In this document: positions 25,572 to 38,595 of the stretch, one piece after another
Position numbering within the stretch: the stretch's first letter is position 1
Layout of the letters: every line of letters begins with the position of its first letter
Source of the DNA: Octopus vulgaris
Taxonomy: Eukaryota
Reading direction: 5' to 3'
NCBI GenBank assembly: GCA_951406725.2
Contig: OX597817.1
Span: 146,816,001-146,880,000, forward strand
DNA: 64,000 nucleotides
Program-made: the position numbers and the translations under genes
Notes under the pieces: model-generated
Seen by the model: only the letters and a program-made list of their open reading frames with translations
What the model was told of the DNA's origin: nothing
Database searches by the model: none

Positions 25572-26137
25572 GTTTCAAATTTTGGCACAAGGCCAGCAAT
25601 TTTTGGAGGAGGGGTTAGGTCGATTACCTCGACCACAATATTCAACCGGCATTTATTTTATCGACTCCGAGAGGACGAAAGGTAAAGTCAGCCACGGCGG
25701 AATTTGAACTCAGAATGTAAAATGTCTGTTTCTTTACTACCCACAACGGGCTAAACACAGAGGGGACAAACAAGGACAGACAAACGGATTAAGTCGATTA
25801 CATAGACCCCAGTGCGTAACTGCTACTTAATTTATCGACCTCGAAAAGATAAAAGGTAAAGTCGACCTCGGCGGAATTTGAACTCAGAACGTAACGACAG
25901 ACGAAATACCTATTTCTTTACTACCCACAAGGGGCTAAACACACAGGACAAACAAGGACAGACAAACGGATTAAGTCGATTACATCGATCCCAGTACGTA
26001 ACTGGTACTTAATTTATCGACCCCAAACGGATGAAAGGCAAAGTCGACCTCGATGGAATTTGAACTCGGTACGCAACGACAGACGAAATACGGCTACGCA
26101 TTTCGCCCGGCGTGCTATCGTTTCTGCCAGCTCGCCA
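25572..26137 (-). mobile_element. SINE family B three-unit array (two B tails, terminal D tail)
   Basis: Junctions at 25726 and 25910; terminal tail gctggccttgtgccaaaatttgaaac. Confidence 0.9.
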
Positions 26138-26289
26138 CTTTATATCTACCCACTTATATTACCAGTTTTGCTTTATCGTTCAATCGGTTTTCTTTTCATG
26201 AAACGTGAAATCAATTCCAAGCATGGATTTGAAATGAGAACGCAGAGAAATGAGATTTCTAGCCAAATCGCAATTCTCGTTTGGAATAT

Positions 26290-26520
26290 ATATTTCTTTA
26301 TTACCCACAAGGGGCTAAACACAGATGGGACAAACAAGGACAGACAAACAGATTAAGTTGATTACATCGACTCCAGTGCGTAACTGGTACTTAATTTATC
26401 GACCCCAAACGGATGAAAGGCAAAGTCGACCTCGATGGAATTTGAACTCGGTACGCAACGACAGACGAAATACGGCTACGCATTTCGCCCGGCGTGCTAT
26501 CGTTTCTGCCAGTTCGCCAC
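26290..26520 (-). mobile_element. SINE family B monomer (part of a local tandem duplication)
   Basis: Shares private mutations with 25911-26137. Confidence 0.9.
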
Positions 26521-27919
26521 CTTATATCTACCGACTTATATTATTAGTTTTCTTTTATCATTCAATCGGTTTTTCTTTTCATGAAACGTGAAATCAATTC
26601 CAAACATGGATTTGAAATCAGAACGCGGGGAAATGAGATTTCTAGCCAAATCGCAATTCTTGTTTGGAATATAGACTAGAAGAAACACGAGAAAATAGAA
26701 TATAAAACACGAACATGTAAATTCCGACCAACTGCTAAATAACTCAATCACTAAGTATTAATTGCTGTTTCGAATCTGAAACCCGTCGTTAATCCCGATT
26801 ATCTCATTATTTATTCAAGGTACAAATTGAAACACGTAACCGTACGGTCAAAATCTCATTTAAAGCATTGCTTGTACCATCAATATAGGTGTTAATTAGA
26901 AACAGAACCGTTCGGTTATGTTGTAAGAAAGTTTACTTTCTTATGATCGAAAGAGTTTCGTGCGGATGAAGCAATCATCTCTAGGATTATGTTCGGCGTT
27001 CACTACGAAGATAACGAGAAACCGTGCAGAATATATGAACAGCCTTCATAATTTTTCATCGCCGAGAAGGGATTTGTGGCTTTACGGTGGTGATGCTTTT
27101 CAAAGAGGCTAGTGTGGTCAAATCTTAACTGACCAGTTTTGAATCACGTCACAGACGGCTTAAAGGATAAGGCAACGAACTTCATGTCATTGTAAGCTGG
27201 TACAATAGGACAATAGTTTTTTTTTCTCTCCTTTCCTCCATATTGTTCTGTTTATCTATTACGTATTATCAACTGTCGTATATATATTATCTCTTTCCTT
27301 CTCTCACCGGAATAATGCAAAAATAAAACAAACAAAAAAAGAAGATAAATGATAGCAAAGAAAATAAAATCATTGTGAGCCAATGATTCAGGCAGTCACT
27401 TGACCATCACTGTTTCTAATGTTATAGCAGTTTGGATGGTATTTTAAATTTCCGACTTAACACGGACCGAGCTTTGTTATTTAAAATTCGATAGGATTAA
27501 TCGTGTAGGGTGAAAGCTATTGTATTCAAAGCAGGAAAGCAACGAGCAGCTTCGTCGATATATACATACCAATGTAGATGTATGCATACAAATGCATACG
27601 CATGCGCAAACATAATCTTACTTTCCCTTTCTGTTAAAATACAGGCAACATCTGAATACTTAAAATAAACTCTTGAAGTATTAGCTATCGTTGAAAAAGA
27701 TAGGGAGCGCTCTAGGCGCTCTCTCGACATGCTAACATAGCAGCAAACTCACCCTCGAATCAGACCTTGCTATCTTCAAATAGAAAACATATAAAGTGAT
27801 CATACATACCATGAATAGCTAGAAAATAAAAACAGACAGAATGGTCATAACTGGAATGTCTTTTGATCATAGCTCTGCTAGACTAGTACTAAGCTAGAAC
27901 TAAACAATATAAACAACTG

Positions 27920-28097
27920 TAGGCGTAGGAGTGGCTGTGTGGTAAGTAGCTTGCTTACCAACCACATGGTTCCGGGTTCAGTCCCACTGCGTGACACCTT
28001 GGCCAAGTGTCTTCTACTATAGCCTCGGACCGACCAAAGCCTTGTGAGAGGATTTGGTTGACTGAAACTGAAAGAAGCCCGTCGTATATATGTATAT

Positions 28098-28140
<43 letters not shown>

Positions 28141-28378
28141 ATGTATGTGTGTGTATATGTTTGTGTATCTGTGTTCCCCCCCCCAACATCGCTTGACAAC
28201 CGATGCTGGTGTGTTCACGTCCCCGTAACTTAGCGGTTCGGCGAAAGAGACCGATATAATAAGTACTAGGCTTGCAAAGAATAAGTTCTGGGGTCGATTT
28301 GCTCGACTAAAGGCGGTGCTCCAGCATGGCCATTGTCAAATGACTGAAACAAGTAAAAGAGAGTAAAGAGTAAAGAGA
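27920..28378 (+). mobile_element. SINE family A, near-consensus
   Basis: Complete head, internal TA/TG tract, tail aaggcggtgctccagcatggcc...gaaacaagtaaaagagagtaaagag. Confidence 0.93.
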
Positions 28379-28496
28379 GAGAGGCACAACTACAAGAATA
28401 GGTTAACACCGAAAGAAAAAAAGTGCTTAGATAGATTGAAAGTAAAGGAAAAGTGGAAGGAAACAGAAGAAATTAATGTTTTATGTACGTACAAAA

Positions 28497-28803
28497 GTGG
28501 AGGTACATGGCGTAGGGGTTAGATCTGTGGACTCGCGGTCGAGGGATCGCGGGTTCGAATCTCAGACCGGGAGATGCGTGTGTTTATAAGCAAAAGGCCT
28601 AAGCTTCTCACGGCTCTGGCTGGATGTAATGGCAAAACTTCTGCTGACTTTTTCGCCACAACTTTCTCTCACTCTTTCCTCCTGCATCTAGCAGCTCACC
28701 TGTGACGGACCGGTGTCCCGTCCAAGTGGGGAATCTATACGCCATTGAAACCGGGAAACCGGCCCTTATGAGCCAAGCGTGGCTCGAAAAGGAACAAACA
28801 GTA
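28497..28803 (+). mobile_element. SINE family C
   Basis: gtggagg...gggttcgaatctcagaccggg...; TSD cgtacaaaa. Confidence 0.9.
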
Positions 28804-28938
28804 ACATGCGTACAAAAACAACACCATACGGAAAATTACAAGATGAAAACTAATCATATTTCTTTTATATTATATATGAAGAAATCCTTCCTTTCCGTTA
28901 AATTTCTTCACGTTAAAGTTATGTCGTAACTCCGAGTA

Positions 28939-29398
28939 CCGTAAATCCTCGAGTATAGTCCGCCCTTGAGTATAATACGCAAGGGACTTTTAGGGGGCTG
29001 TACCTCTAACTTGAGTCAATATAACATCCTTGGTCTATAAAACTGTATATAGTAACCTCCTTTATTATTATTGTATATATAACATAATACAAACTTGTAG
29101 TTTTTTTGTGCATTTTGTTTGCAGAAAATAAAGAAATAACAGTAATAACATTTAATAAATGTTGCTTATTGCAAGTTATGGATGATTCTTTTATGGCTTC
29201 ATTGCTTTCAGGCTTAGCTTAAGGTATTTTCGCGCCCGACATCACAAAATGTCTCAATAAAAAATTCCGGGCAACAAATAGAGACTCAGACATTGCTAAG
29301 AAAATAATTTTCATTTTTAACCTCGTATATAGTACGCACTAGGGATTTTGACCTTTAAATTTTGGGAAAAAATGCAGATTATACTCGAGGATTTATGG
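28939..29398. mobile_element. Tc1/mariner-pogo type MITE
   Basis: 25-bp TIR ccgtaaatcctcgagtatagtccgc / gcagattatactcgaggatttatgg, flanked by TA on both sides. Confidence 0.88.
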
Positions 29399-29606
29399 TA
29401 ATTTATAATCATTTATAATCATGCGCATTTATCCGAGGTGTATTCGTCTGCTCGAAACTACATGTCGAGTGTGTGTGTGTGTGTGTATGACATAATCTTA
29501 GCTATGCAAATTTGCCTCACAGTAACCTATGAAGATTTGTGCTTCCAGCCTAAAGCTGTATTGTGCGCATGTCTGTCTTGTACCACAACACACACATATA
29601 CATATA

Positions 29607-29827
29607 TATTTCTTTATTGCCCACAAGAGGTTAAACACAGAGGGGACAAACAAGGACAGAAAAACGAATTAAGTCGATTATATCGACCCTAGTGCGTAAC
29701 TAGTACTTTATTTATCGACCCCGAAAGGATGAAAGGCAAAGTCGACCTCGGCGGAATTTGAACTCACAACGTAACGACAGACGAAATACGGCTACGCATT
29801 TCGCCCGGCGTGCTAACGTTTCTGCCT
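29607..29827 (-). mobile_element. SINE family B monomer
   Basis: B tail and core; extreme 5' end missing. Confidence 0.9.
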
Positions 29828-29941
29828 GCTTACGCAATACGAGACTAATGACCTGTTATACCCTCTATGCACATAGATATACTCACACATATACACAGAC
29901 ACAGACACATCTAGTTATACGGGGACACACACACACACACT

Positions 29942-29985
<44 letters not shown>

Positions 29986-30100
29986 CACGCATAGACATAA
30001 ATACGCGTGCCCTTTTTTGTATACGTCAGTACTGGCTTCCCCATTCCCTGTATATTGCACAAATGTAATTCTTTTTTTTTGCCAATTAAATTGCATTCGA

Positions 30101-30172
30101 GGCTCTGATGAAGCTTTAGGCACTCAACTATGAGGCCATTGCATCTTATTGCAGAAGAAACATCAGTAAGCT
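30101..30172 (+). ncRNA. Hammerhead-like motif (stem II degenerate)
   Basis: ggct-CTGATGA...GAAAC-atca-GTA-agct; stems I and III pair, stem II closing pair does not. Confidence 0.5.
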
Positions 30173-30430
30173 AACGAAATTCATAACATAACCATCGTTT
30201 TCCCCATGTCATCTCTTTTTCTTATAAATATATATATATATGACATAATCTTAGTTATGTAAATTCGTCTCAAATAAACTAACGTATGAAACTTTGCCTT
30301 TCCAACTATATATATATGCATATGCATATATATATGTATATGCATGCATTCATACAGATATATCTATATATATGCATATATGTATGCATATATATATATA
30401 GTTATATATCTATATATATACATATATGTA

Positions 30431-30466
<36 letters not shown>

Positions 30467-30849
30467 TAACCGACTTAAGTGAATTATCTAATCATTGTTA
30501 TCTTGTCTGTGACTGAGTATTCCACAGACAAATTGTCTCTTATAGTATTCCTGAGAAAGAATCAACGTGACACATGTGTCAAGGTCGGTCCCTTGAACTA
30601 TGAGTACAATCCATAGGACGAGCTTCCACACATTGTCCCCCGACAAAGCTACATTTTATAGGACCGCTGTCAATGAAACACTAATTCGATACTCTTAAAA
30701 TGTTCTAAATGATAGCACAGTTTAATCTATAACTAGTATTTATTTTATGACTAATTATGGGATTAAATTCGCGGAATTAGATAGTAATTGTGTTATCAGG
30801 AAATAAAGGTCTCACTAACAACAATTATTAACCGCACTAAAACACTATG

Positions 30850-31358
30850 AGGAGACACGCAATAGTGATGTGGACATGCCGAAACACAACCAATCCATTA
30901 TCCAGTGGAATGCTCCTGAGGTTTTCTGCGAGCATATCGGCCAGTCTGGGAACAATAGAATATGCTATGAGGTTGGTGGAGGTGCAGCAGACGGAGTCTG
31001 TGGTGTAGAAGAGGTATGGACGAGAGGGCTACGGAGGGTACGCCTGAGGGATGGTATGGGTGTTACGGGGAAGAAACGGGAGGTGGCATTGTAGGATTGA
31101 AGGCGGCGGAAGAGGCGGAATATGGTGCATTGTTGGGATGGTAGATGAGAGGAAAGGGAGTTCGATGAGAGTCCGGACGCGAGGCGTAGGGGCTAAAGAA
31201 CAATGAACGGTATGGCCGCCGGGGAGGGAAAGATAGATAAGGGAAGGAGAGTATCGACGATGGAGGAAGAGGTAGTCCATATGTTGGACTTGCGTTACTG
31301 CTGCAGAAGCACAGGAGACGAAGGAACTAGAAGAGATGGAGCACTTGGCGTAGGTGGG

Positions 31359-31423
<65 letters not shown>

Positions 31424-31560
31424 GGCACCGAAACAATCGTCGATATAACATCTTTAGAGTTCTGGAGTTGGAAAGTGAACTGGAAGAAGATCCGTAGCTT
31501 AAGAGAGCCAACAAGTAAATTAACATAGTTGGGACCCACCCGCGTTCCCATGATCACTCC
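30850..31560 (-). pseudogene. Penelope-like element relic (RT catalytic motif through GIY-YIG region, internally deleted)
   Basis: MGTRVGPNYVNLLVG, RCYIDDCFGATS, LVHTSST, CCTSTNLI and AENLRSI in order across frameshifts; a (GA)n expansion lies inside. Confidence 0.8.
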
Positions 31561-31578
31561 TATTAACTATCTATTTCG

Positions 31579-31621
<43 letters not shown>

Positions 31622-31936
31622 CGCACACGCACACATGTACATACGTACACACACACACATATATATATATGTAGATATAGATAGGGAGTAGGAATAACTT
31701 TTTAAAACACGATTTTAATCCCAGATTTTATAGTTTTATTCAATAGTTTTTAGAGTCCTTAATGTTTCGTTTGGAACAATAAATTTCGAAAAATCCATTT
31801 CAATCAAGACTTTCCCATTAACTTCTGCCTGAAATAATCTACGTTGCGCTTGATATTGTTTTTTTCCTTTTCTCTTCCTAAATAAAGTCATGGAAAAGCC
31901 GTTCTCTTTCCTAGTCTCTGTTACACACACACACAC

Positions 31937-32005
<69 letters not shown>

Positions 32006-32214
32006 GGCGTAAACGCTTGTGTTTAAAAACAAGAGAGAAAGTACTCAATGCAAGAGTATAGTTTATGGATTTTAATTTGTAGCTAACTTTTTTACAAGTT
32101 ACAGCTAGAAATTTCACGTTCTCCATGTTCAGGCAAGTCACGTTGCAATGTGTGCTGTAACAGAATAAAAATTAAGCACTCTCTCTCTCCCTTTCTCTCT
32201 CTCTCTATATATAT

Positions 32215-32310
<96 letters not shown>

Positions 32311-32556
32311 GTGTATGTATGATGTCACAACTCATTTCTACAGCCGAGGGAACTGGAACAATGAAGTAAAGTGTCTTGCTCAAGAATACAACCCACTACA
32401 CGGATCCGGGAATCGAACTCACTATCTCATGGTTGCATGTCTGAGGCTCTAACCACTGAGCCATGCCCCGTCACTGGGTTCATGCATACATACTTACATA
32501 CATATATGCATGCATACATACACACACACATATATATAAGGTCCATACACACATAA

Positions 32557-33022
32557 TTCATAATTACCTGCATACTGTACCAGAAAAGACCCCGATAAAG
32601 TGATTTGGGATAGAGAAGAGAAACTGTGCACAGTTATGGAAATTAGTTGCCTAGCGGATGTTAACATAAAGCTGAAGATCAGTGAAAAAGAGAACACCTA
32701 CGCTGAACTATTGAGAAATCTACAGTTACTCTATTCAGATTATAAGTTCAGGTTTATACCTGTAATTATTGAGGCCCTGGGATATGTAACACATTGCCTA
32801 AGTAGCAATCTTGAGAAATTAGGAGTCTTGAAACCAGAAAGGAGAAAGCTGATTCGAAGACTACAGATCCAATCCATTACTGAAACTGTAAAAATCTGTA
32901 AAACTTTCCAGAAGTTTTATCATTTAAATATATATGAACTTGTCTAGATATGCAACTATATGTATGAGAATACATACATAAAGCAAAGCATACAAATCTA
33001 CATACATACATACATACATACA

Positions 33023-33056
<34 letters not shown>

Positions 33057-33170
33057 CAAAAAAAGTACCCTGTTGTTGCTGTTGAAATGCCAATGAAGGA
33101 ACCTTGAATCTAGGTTAGAAACCAGTTCGTTCTCTATTGGCAAGAAATTTTGAAATAAAACTGAACAATG
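32557..33170 (+). pseudogene. RLE-type (R4-like) LINE 3' end with structured 3' UTR
   Basis: PDKVIWDREEKLCTVMEISC...EKENTYAEL...FIPVIIEALG; UTR stem tgccaat/attggca enclosing aacct/aggtt. Confidence 0.8.
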
Positions 33171-33214
33171 ATATACACACATACATATACATACATATTC
33201 ACACACACGCACAC

Positions 33215-33380
33215 ACACATATTGACCGCTAGCCACTAAAGCATTTTAAATTCTCTCTCTGTTTATTTTTTCGTGTTCCTTTCTGCTGAAGAGCGTAGGT
33301 TCGAAACGTAAAAGACTTTCTCACCTTCTCGAGTGTTAAACTTATACACCTGTTTGTTGTTTATACGTCTTCGTCCTTTT
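33215..33380 (+). mobile_element. Penelope-like pLTR relic with minimal hammerhead-like motif
   Basis: cttt-ctg-CTGAAGA-G cgtaggtt C-GAAAC-GTA-aaag at 33279-33314; stem III reduced to the palindrome ACGT. Confidence 0.55.
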
Positions 33381-33535
33381 CAAAACGCGGAGTAGATAAA
33401 ACAGGGGACAACTAATGAAGGGAATGTTCTTTATGTTGCCTGTCTCGTTTCTCTATTTGTTGACGTTTTTTTTGATGTCCTGTACCCATATATGCATGTA
33501 TATGTATATATTAATATATATATATGTATATATGA

Positions 33536-33568
<33 letters not shown>

Positions 33569-33820
33569 TATATAGTATGTACATATATATATGTATATAT
33601 GCATATATTTATATATTATAGAATGTGCCCTCTAGACATTCTGATCGATTCTTGCATGTGTTAAGAAGTACCTCCTTGCGACAATGTAAACTTTCATTCA
33701 ATCAAAATATCCTTGATCTGACGAGTAACCTGCGGTATACACCTCGCTTGGATATTTACCGTTTTCGAGGTTCCGCTCGCTATAAAATATATGATCTTAT
33801 CTACTCCAGTCTTTAACTTT

Positions 33821-33888
<68 letters not shown>

Positions 33889-34110
33889 GAATCAAATAAT
33901 TCAGAAGAAAATATTTGAGAAGATATTATTGACTCTGTTATTATCTAGTGTAACAATTAAAAACGATAACAGAATCAATAATATAGGCGATTGCAGCACC
34001 CCCACAAACCATTAAATAGCTAAAGGATTAAAATTACCAGAGAGTATTGACTCTTATTTTCAGCAGGTAGACATACTCAGTATGTCCTTTGATTAATTTT
34101 ATCCTTCAGC

Positions 34111-34184
<74 letters not shown>

Positions 34185-34533
34185 AAGGAAAAATAGGATT
34201 TAAAAATCCAGATATAAATAATGCACTCAGTTTTAATCGAATTTGGTTAACTATATTCAGCAGACACCAGAATATGTAAATAGAAAACACATCCAATATA
34301 ATTCCTCATGTATGACAAGTAGATCTAAATATCATTTAGAAGAATTTCGAGAAGTTTTGAGTATCAGACAACAGTATTAGACGATTTACTCTAAAAAGAC
34401 GGAGAAACAGAAGGAAAAGCGAAGGGTGAAAGAGAAGTATCGATCTCAATACGGAAAGAATAAAACTTCACTTTATTTATCGATCTCGAAAGGATGAAAA
34501 GTAAAACTAACTTCGACGGTATTTGAACTCAAA

Positions 34534-34985
34534 TTAGGACGGCGAGTTGGCAGAATCGTTAGCACGCCGGGCGAAATGCTTAGCAGTATTTCGTCTGCCG
34601 CTACGTTCTAAGTTCAAATTCCGCCGATGTCGACTTTGCCTTTTATCCTTTCAGGATCGATTAAATAAGTACCAGTTACGCACTGGGGTCGATATAATCG
34701 ACTTAATCTGTTTATCTGTCCTTGTTTGTCCCCTCTATGTTTAGCCCCTTGTGGGTAACAAAGAAATAAGAATCGTTAGCACGCTGGGCGAAATGCTTAG
34801 CAGTATTTCATCTGCCGCTACGTTCTAAGGTCAAATTCCGCCGAGGTCGACTTTGCCTTTTATCCTTTCGGAGTCGATTAAATAAGTACCAGTTACGCAC
34901 TGGGGTCAATGTAATCGACTTAATACCTATGTCTGTCCTTGTTTGCCCCCTCCTATGTTTAGCCCCTTGTGGGTAATAAAGAAAT
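34534..34985 (+). mobile_element. SINE family B dimer inserted antisense into an older family B fragment
   Basis: Junction aaagaaata|agaatcgttagc at 34768; TSD g[g/a]tatttgaactcaaa. Confidence 0.9.
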
Positions 34986-35840
34986 TGATATTTGAACTCA
35001 AAGCGTTGAGAACCAGAATGAATTCCGCAAGGTGAATTATTCGATGCTCTAACGACTCAGGTAATTCGTTGTCATAGACCGGCTTTGCCTCTCTTCTGGA
35101 AACTCACCAGTAGAAATATAACGAGTCGATTCAATCAACGCTATATGTTGCCGATGAATCTCAAACATTGGCGCTAATGGAAGAAATCAATATAAAAAAC
35201 TGTGTTACAAGAGATGTTGTAGATTTGGCTTCCTGAACTTAAACGTATTTCAAGATGATTCTAAGGATTTGATCTGTAATTTTGCTTTTATTTTGCTTTA
35301 ACCTCGTCAAGTAATTTACCTCCGAATGTATCTAGTAACTTGTTTTCTATAAGTGGTGAGTTTCCGCAACTTGAAACCGAATTTCAATTTTTCGTTCGCA
35401 ACAATGCTGTTTTCGTCATCGTGTTAGTAAGTTTCCCTCGCTTTCGTTTAATTACATTCACCTAATGAGATTCTTGAAGTAAAACTTACCAACTCTTAAG
35501 TCTTGTATAAGAGTATGTTTGATTTGCAAAGCGGTATCCGCTCTCTTGTATCGCTTCAAAATTGTGGAGCTGTGAGGGTGTGTGTTTGAAAGTGCTCAAA
35601 AGTAAAGAAGCGATATTGTAGAGTGAAGAGGTTCTTATTAGTTTAAAACTATTTAAAGTGTTCAATGCTAAAGTTGGTAAAAATTCCTGTTCAGAAGCTT
35701 CTTAATGAATGTATACGTTAGCATAATTAAGCATCAGTGTTCTAAAACAGTGACGCAGTCATTATTGACTAGTCACGTCTCTTTATATATGTACATTATA
35801 TGTACTTACATATCAAACATACATATATACGTACACACAC

Positions 35841-35920
<80 letters not shown>

Positions 35921-36066
35921 GTATATATATATGTATATATATATATATATATGTATGTATATATGTATGTATATATATATATATATATATATATACAAAC
36001 ATACACATACACACATATATACATTCGTAAACATGCGTGTTTGATATATATATATATATATATCTA

Positions 36067-36127
<61 letters not shown>

Positions 36128-36130
<3 letters not shown>

Positions 36131-36500
36131 CGGTGGCGTGGATGTGTGGTAAGAAGTTTGCTTTCCAACCACATGGTTCTGGGTTCAGTCCCACTGTGTG
36201 GCACCTTGGGCAATTGTCTTCTACTATTGTCTCGGGCCGACCAAGAGCCTTGTGAGTGGATTTAGTAGACGGAAACTGAAAGAAGCCCGTCGCACACACA
36301 CACACACACATATATATATATAAATACTTGTATGTATGTATATATTTGTGTGTCTGTGTTTGTCCCCACGCCATTGCTTGACAACCGATGGAACAAGTAC
36401 CAGACTTACAACGAATATGTCCTGAGGTCGATTCGCTCGACTAAAGGTGGTGCTCCAGCATGGTCGCAGCGAAATGACTGAAACAAGTAAAAGATATAAA
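36128..36500 (+). mobile_element. SINE family A (internal deletion)
   Basis: Head, body and tail recognisable. Confidence 0.88.
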
Positions 36501-36636
36501 AGAATATATAGATATATATGTATATTTGTGTTTCTGTGTGTGTGGATTTGTCTGTGTGTGTATTATTTATTTATGCACACACACACACACACATACACAC
36601 ACACACACACATACATATATATAAATATATATATCT

Positions 36637-36672
<36 letters not shown>

Positions 36673-36786
36673 TATAGTAATATAATAAATAAATAAAATA
36701 TATGCATATATACATACATATATGTACATACTTACATCTACATGTATATATACATGCATACATATATATACCGTACTCTTTCTTTG

Positions 36787-36920
36787 TCAGTCATAATCCT
36801 TAAGTTGAATGTCACAATTAAGTCCCGCCAACGATTTGCAAGGAAGGCCACAGATGTTGCAAGTATGAAGATTATAGATCAGTGCAGGCGGTATATTTGC
36901 ACCGCAAAGCCCTTTAATGC
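36787..36920 (-). pseudogene. RTE-clade LINE extreme C-terminus
   Basis: HTCNICGLPCKSLAGL resembles the CxxCGxxCxSxxGLxxH end of RTE ORFs. Confidence 0.55.
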
Positions 36921-36926
36921 TGATGA

Positions 36927-37042
<116 letters not shown>

Positions 37043-37187
37043 AGTAACAAACTGAGGAAAATAAATCCTTGAAAGGGGTTGTTAAACACCCAATTCACTG
37101 ATACTTCAGTTGGATACGATATAAATATTAGTTTTTACAATCCAACCGTCCTTTCGAGAGGGGATTTCGTCCTCCTGAACCGATTTA

Positions 37188-37267
37188 CCCTGAAGTGGCT
37201 TATATACAATTGAGCTGTGATTATGTATATCAGGAAAAAATATATATAAGCCGAAATAGTTTGTTGG
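37188..37267 (+). ncRNA. Degenerate hammerhead with perfect 10-bp stem II
   Basis: cc-CTGAAGT-GGCTTATATA...TATATAAGCC-GAAAT-agttt-GTT-gg; the A9 position is T. Confidence 0.55.
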
Positions 37268-37402
37268 ACTTTTACGGTTTTTATAATTATTTATATAATA
37301 TTATGTTATGTTTTATGTTATATATTATATTCATAATATTTAATGTAATATTGTAATATGAATATATTATTGAATGTTAATAGAATATCTGTATATTTAA
37401 TT

Positions 37403-37426
<24 letters not shown>

Positions 37427-37433
<7 letters not shown>

Positions 37434-37541
37434 ATCACGTGACCGACCAGACCATCAGATGTTGCTACACATCGCTGGTCACAATGCGTTCGCATTGTTT
37501 TAGCCTTCAAATGACGACACCCCGCTGGCTAAACGAGCAGG

Positions 37542-37543
<2 letters not shown>
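37427..37543. mobile_element. Short GC-richer repeat fragment inside (TA)n, probably a SINE tail
   Basis: 117-bp island flanked by TA tracts, starting tcacgtgatcacgtga; family assignment from memory only. Confidence 0.4.
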
Positions 37544-37602
<59 letters not shown>

Positions 37603-37607
37603 TCACG

Positions 37608-37900
37608 CTTTTCTACATTAGGCACAAGGCCCGAAATTTTTTGGGAGGGGGCCAGTCGATTAGATCGAACCAGTACGCAACTGGTACTTAATTTTATCGA
37701 CCCCGAAAGGATGAAAGGCAAAGTCGACCTCGGCGGAATTTGAACTCAGAACGTAACGACAGACGAAATACCTATTTCTTTATTACTCACAAGGGGCTAA
37801 ACACAAAGGAGACAAACAAGGACAAACAGATTAAGTCGATTATATCGACCTCAGTGCGTAACTGGTACTTAATTTATCGACCCCGAATGGATGAGAGGCA
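37608..37900 (-). mobile_element. SINE family B two-unit array (B tail then C tail), truncated by the adjacent inversion
   Basis: Junction gaaatacc|tatttc at 37772. Confidence 0.9.
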
Positions 37901-38153
37901 AATGTAAGTTATCTTTCGGTGGTGTAGGTGAATGCGCAGCTTTGTAGACACAGGCGTGGCTGTATGGGCGCAGTTGTGGGTGTATAGGCGCAGGTAAGGC
38001 TGTACTGGCGCAGGCGTAGCAGTGTGGTAAGAAGCTTGCTTCCGGGTTCAGTCCCACTGCATAGCACCTTGGACAAGTCTCTTGTACTATAGTCTCGATT
38101 CACCCAAAGTCTTGTGAGTGGAATTGTGAGACGGAAACTGAAAGAAGCCTGTC

Positions 38154-38188
<35 letters not shown>

Positions 38189-38205
38189 TGTATGTGTATA
38201 CATAG

Positions 38206-38236
<31 letters not shown>

Positions 38237-38302
38237 CACACACACATATCTGTATTTTGCATTTATATATGTGTATATATATATGTATGAATACACACAC
38301 AA

Positions 38303-38335
<33 letters not shown>

Positions 38336-38595
38336 CGACAGGCTTTTTTCAGTTTCCGTCTCACAATTCCACTCACAATACTTTGGTTGAATCGAGACTA
38401 TAGTATAAGACAAGGTGCCATGCAGTGGGACTGAACCCGGACGCAAGCTCATTACCACACTACTACACCTGCACCAACACAACCATACTTGCGCCTATAC
38501 ACCCACGACTACACCCATACAGCCACGCCTATACAGCCACGCCTATACAGCCACGCCTGTGCCTGCACCTACACCGCCGAAAGATAACTTACATT
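37901..38595. repeat. Inverted duplication (about 260-bp arms) of a SINE-A head plus flank
   Basis: aatgtaagttatctttcgg...gcctgtcgtatata versus tatatacgacaggc...ccgaaagataacttacatt. Confidence 0.9.

Noticed and set aside
34030-34112. Minus-strand CTGAAGG..GAAAAT..GTC with hairpin gacatactcagtatgtc
   Set aside because: Core and stems I/II do not fit; possibly a pLTR relic but not supportable.
36787-36920. Host C2H2 zinc-finger exon
   Set aside because: A single incomplete finger without the histidines; it fits an RTE ORF C-terminus better.
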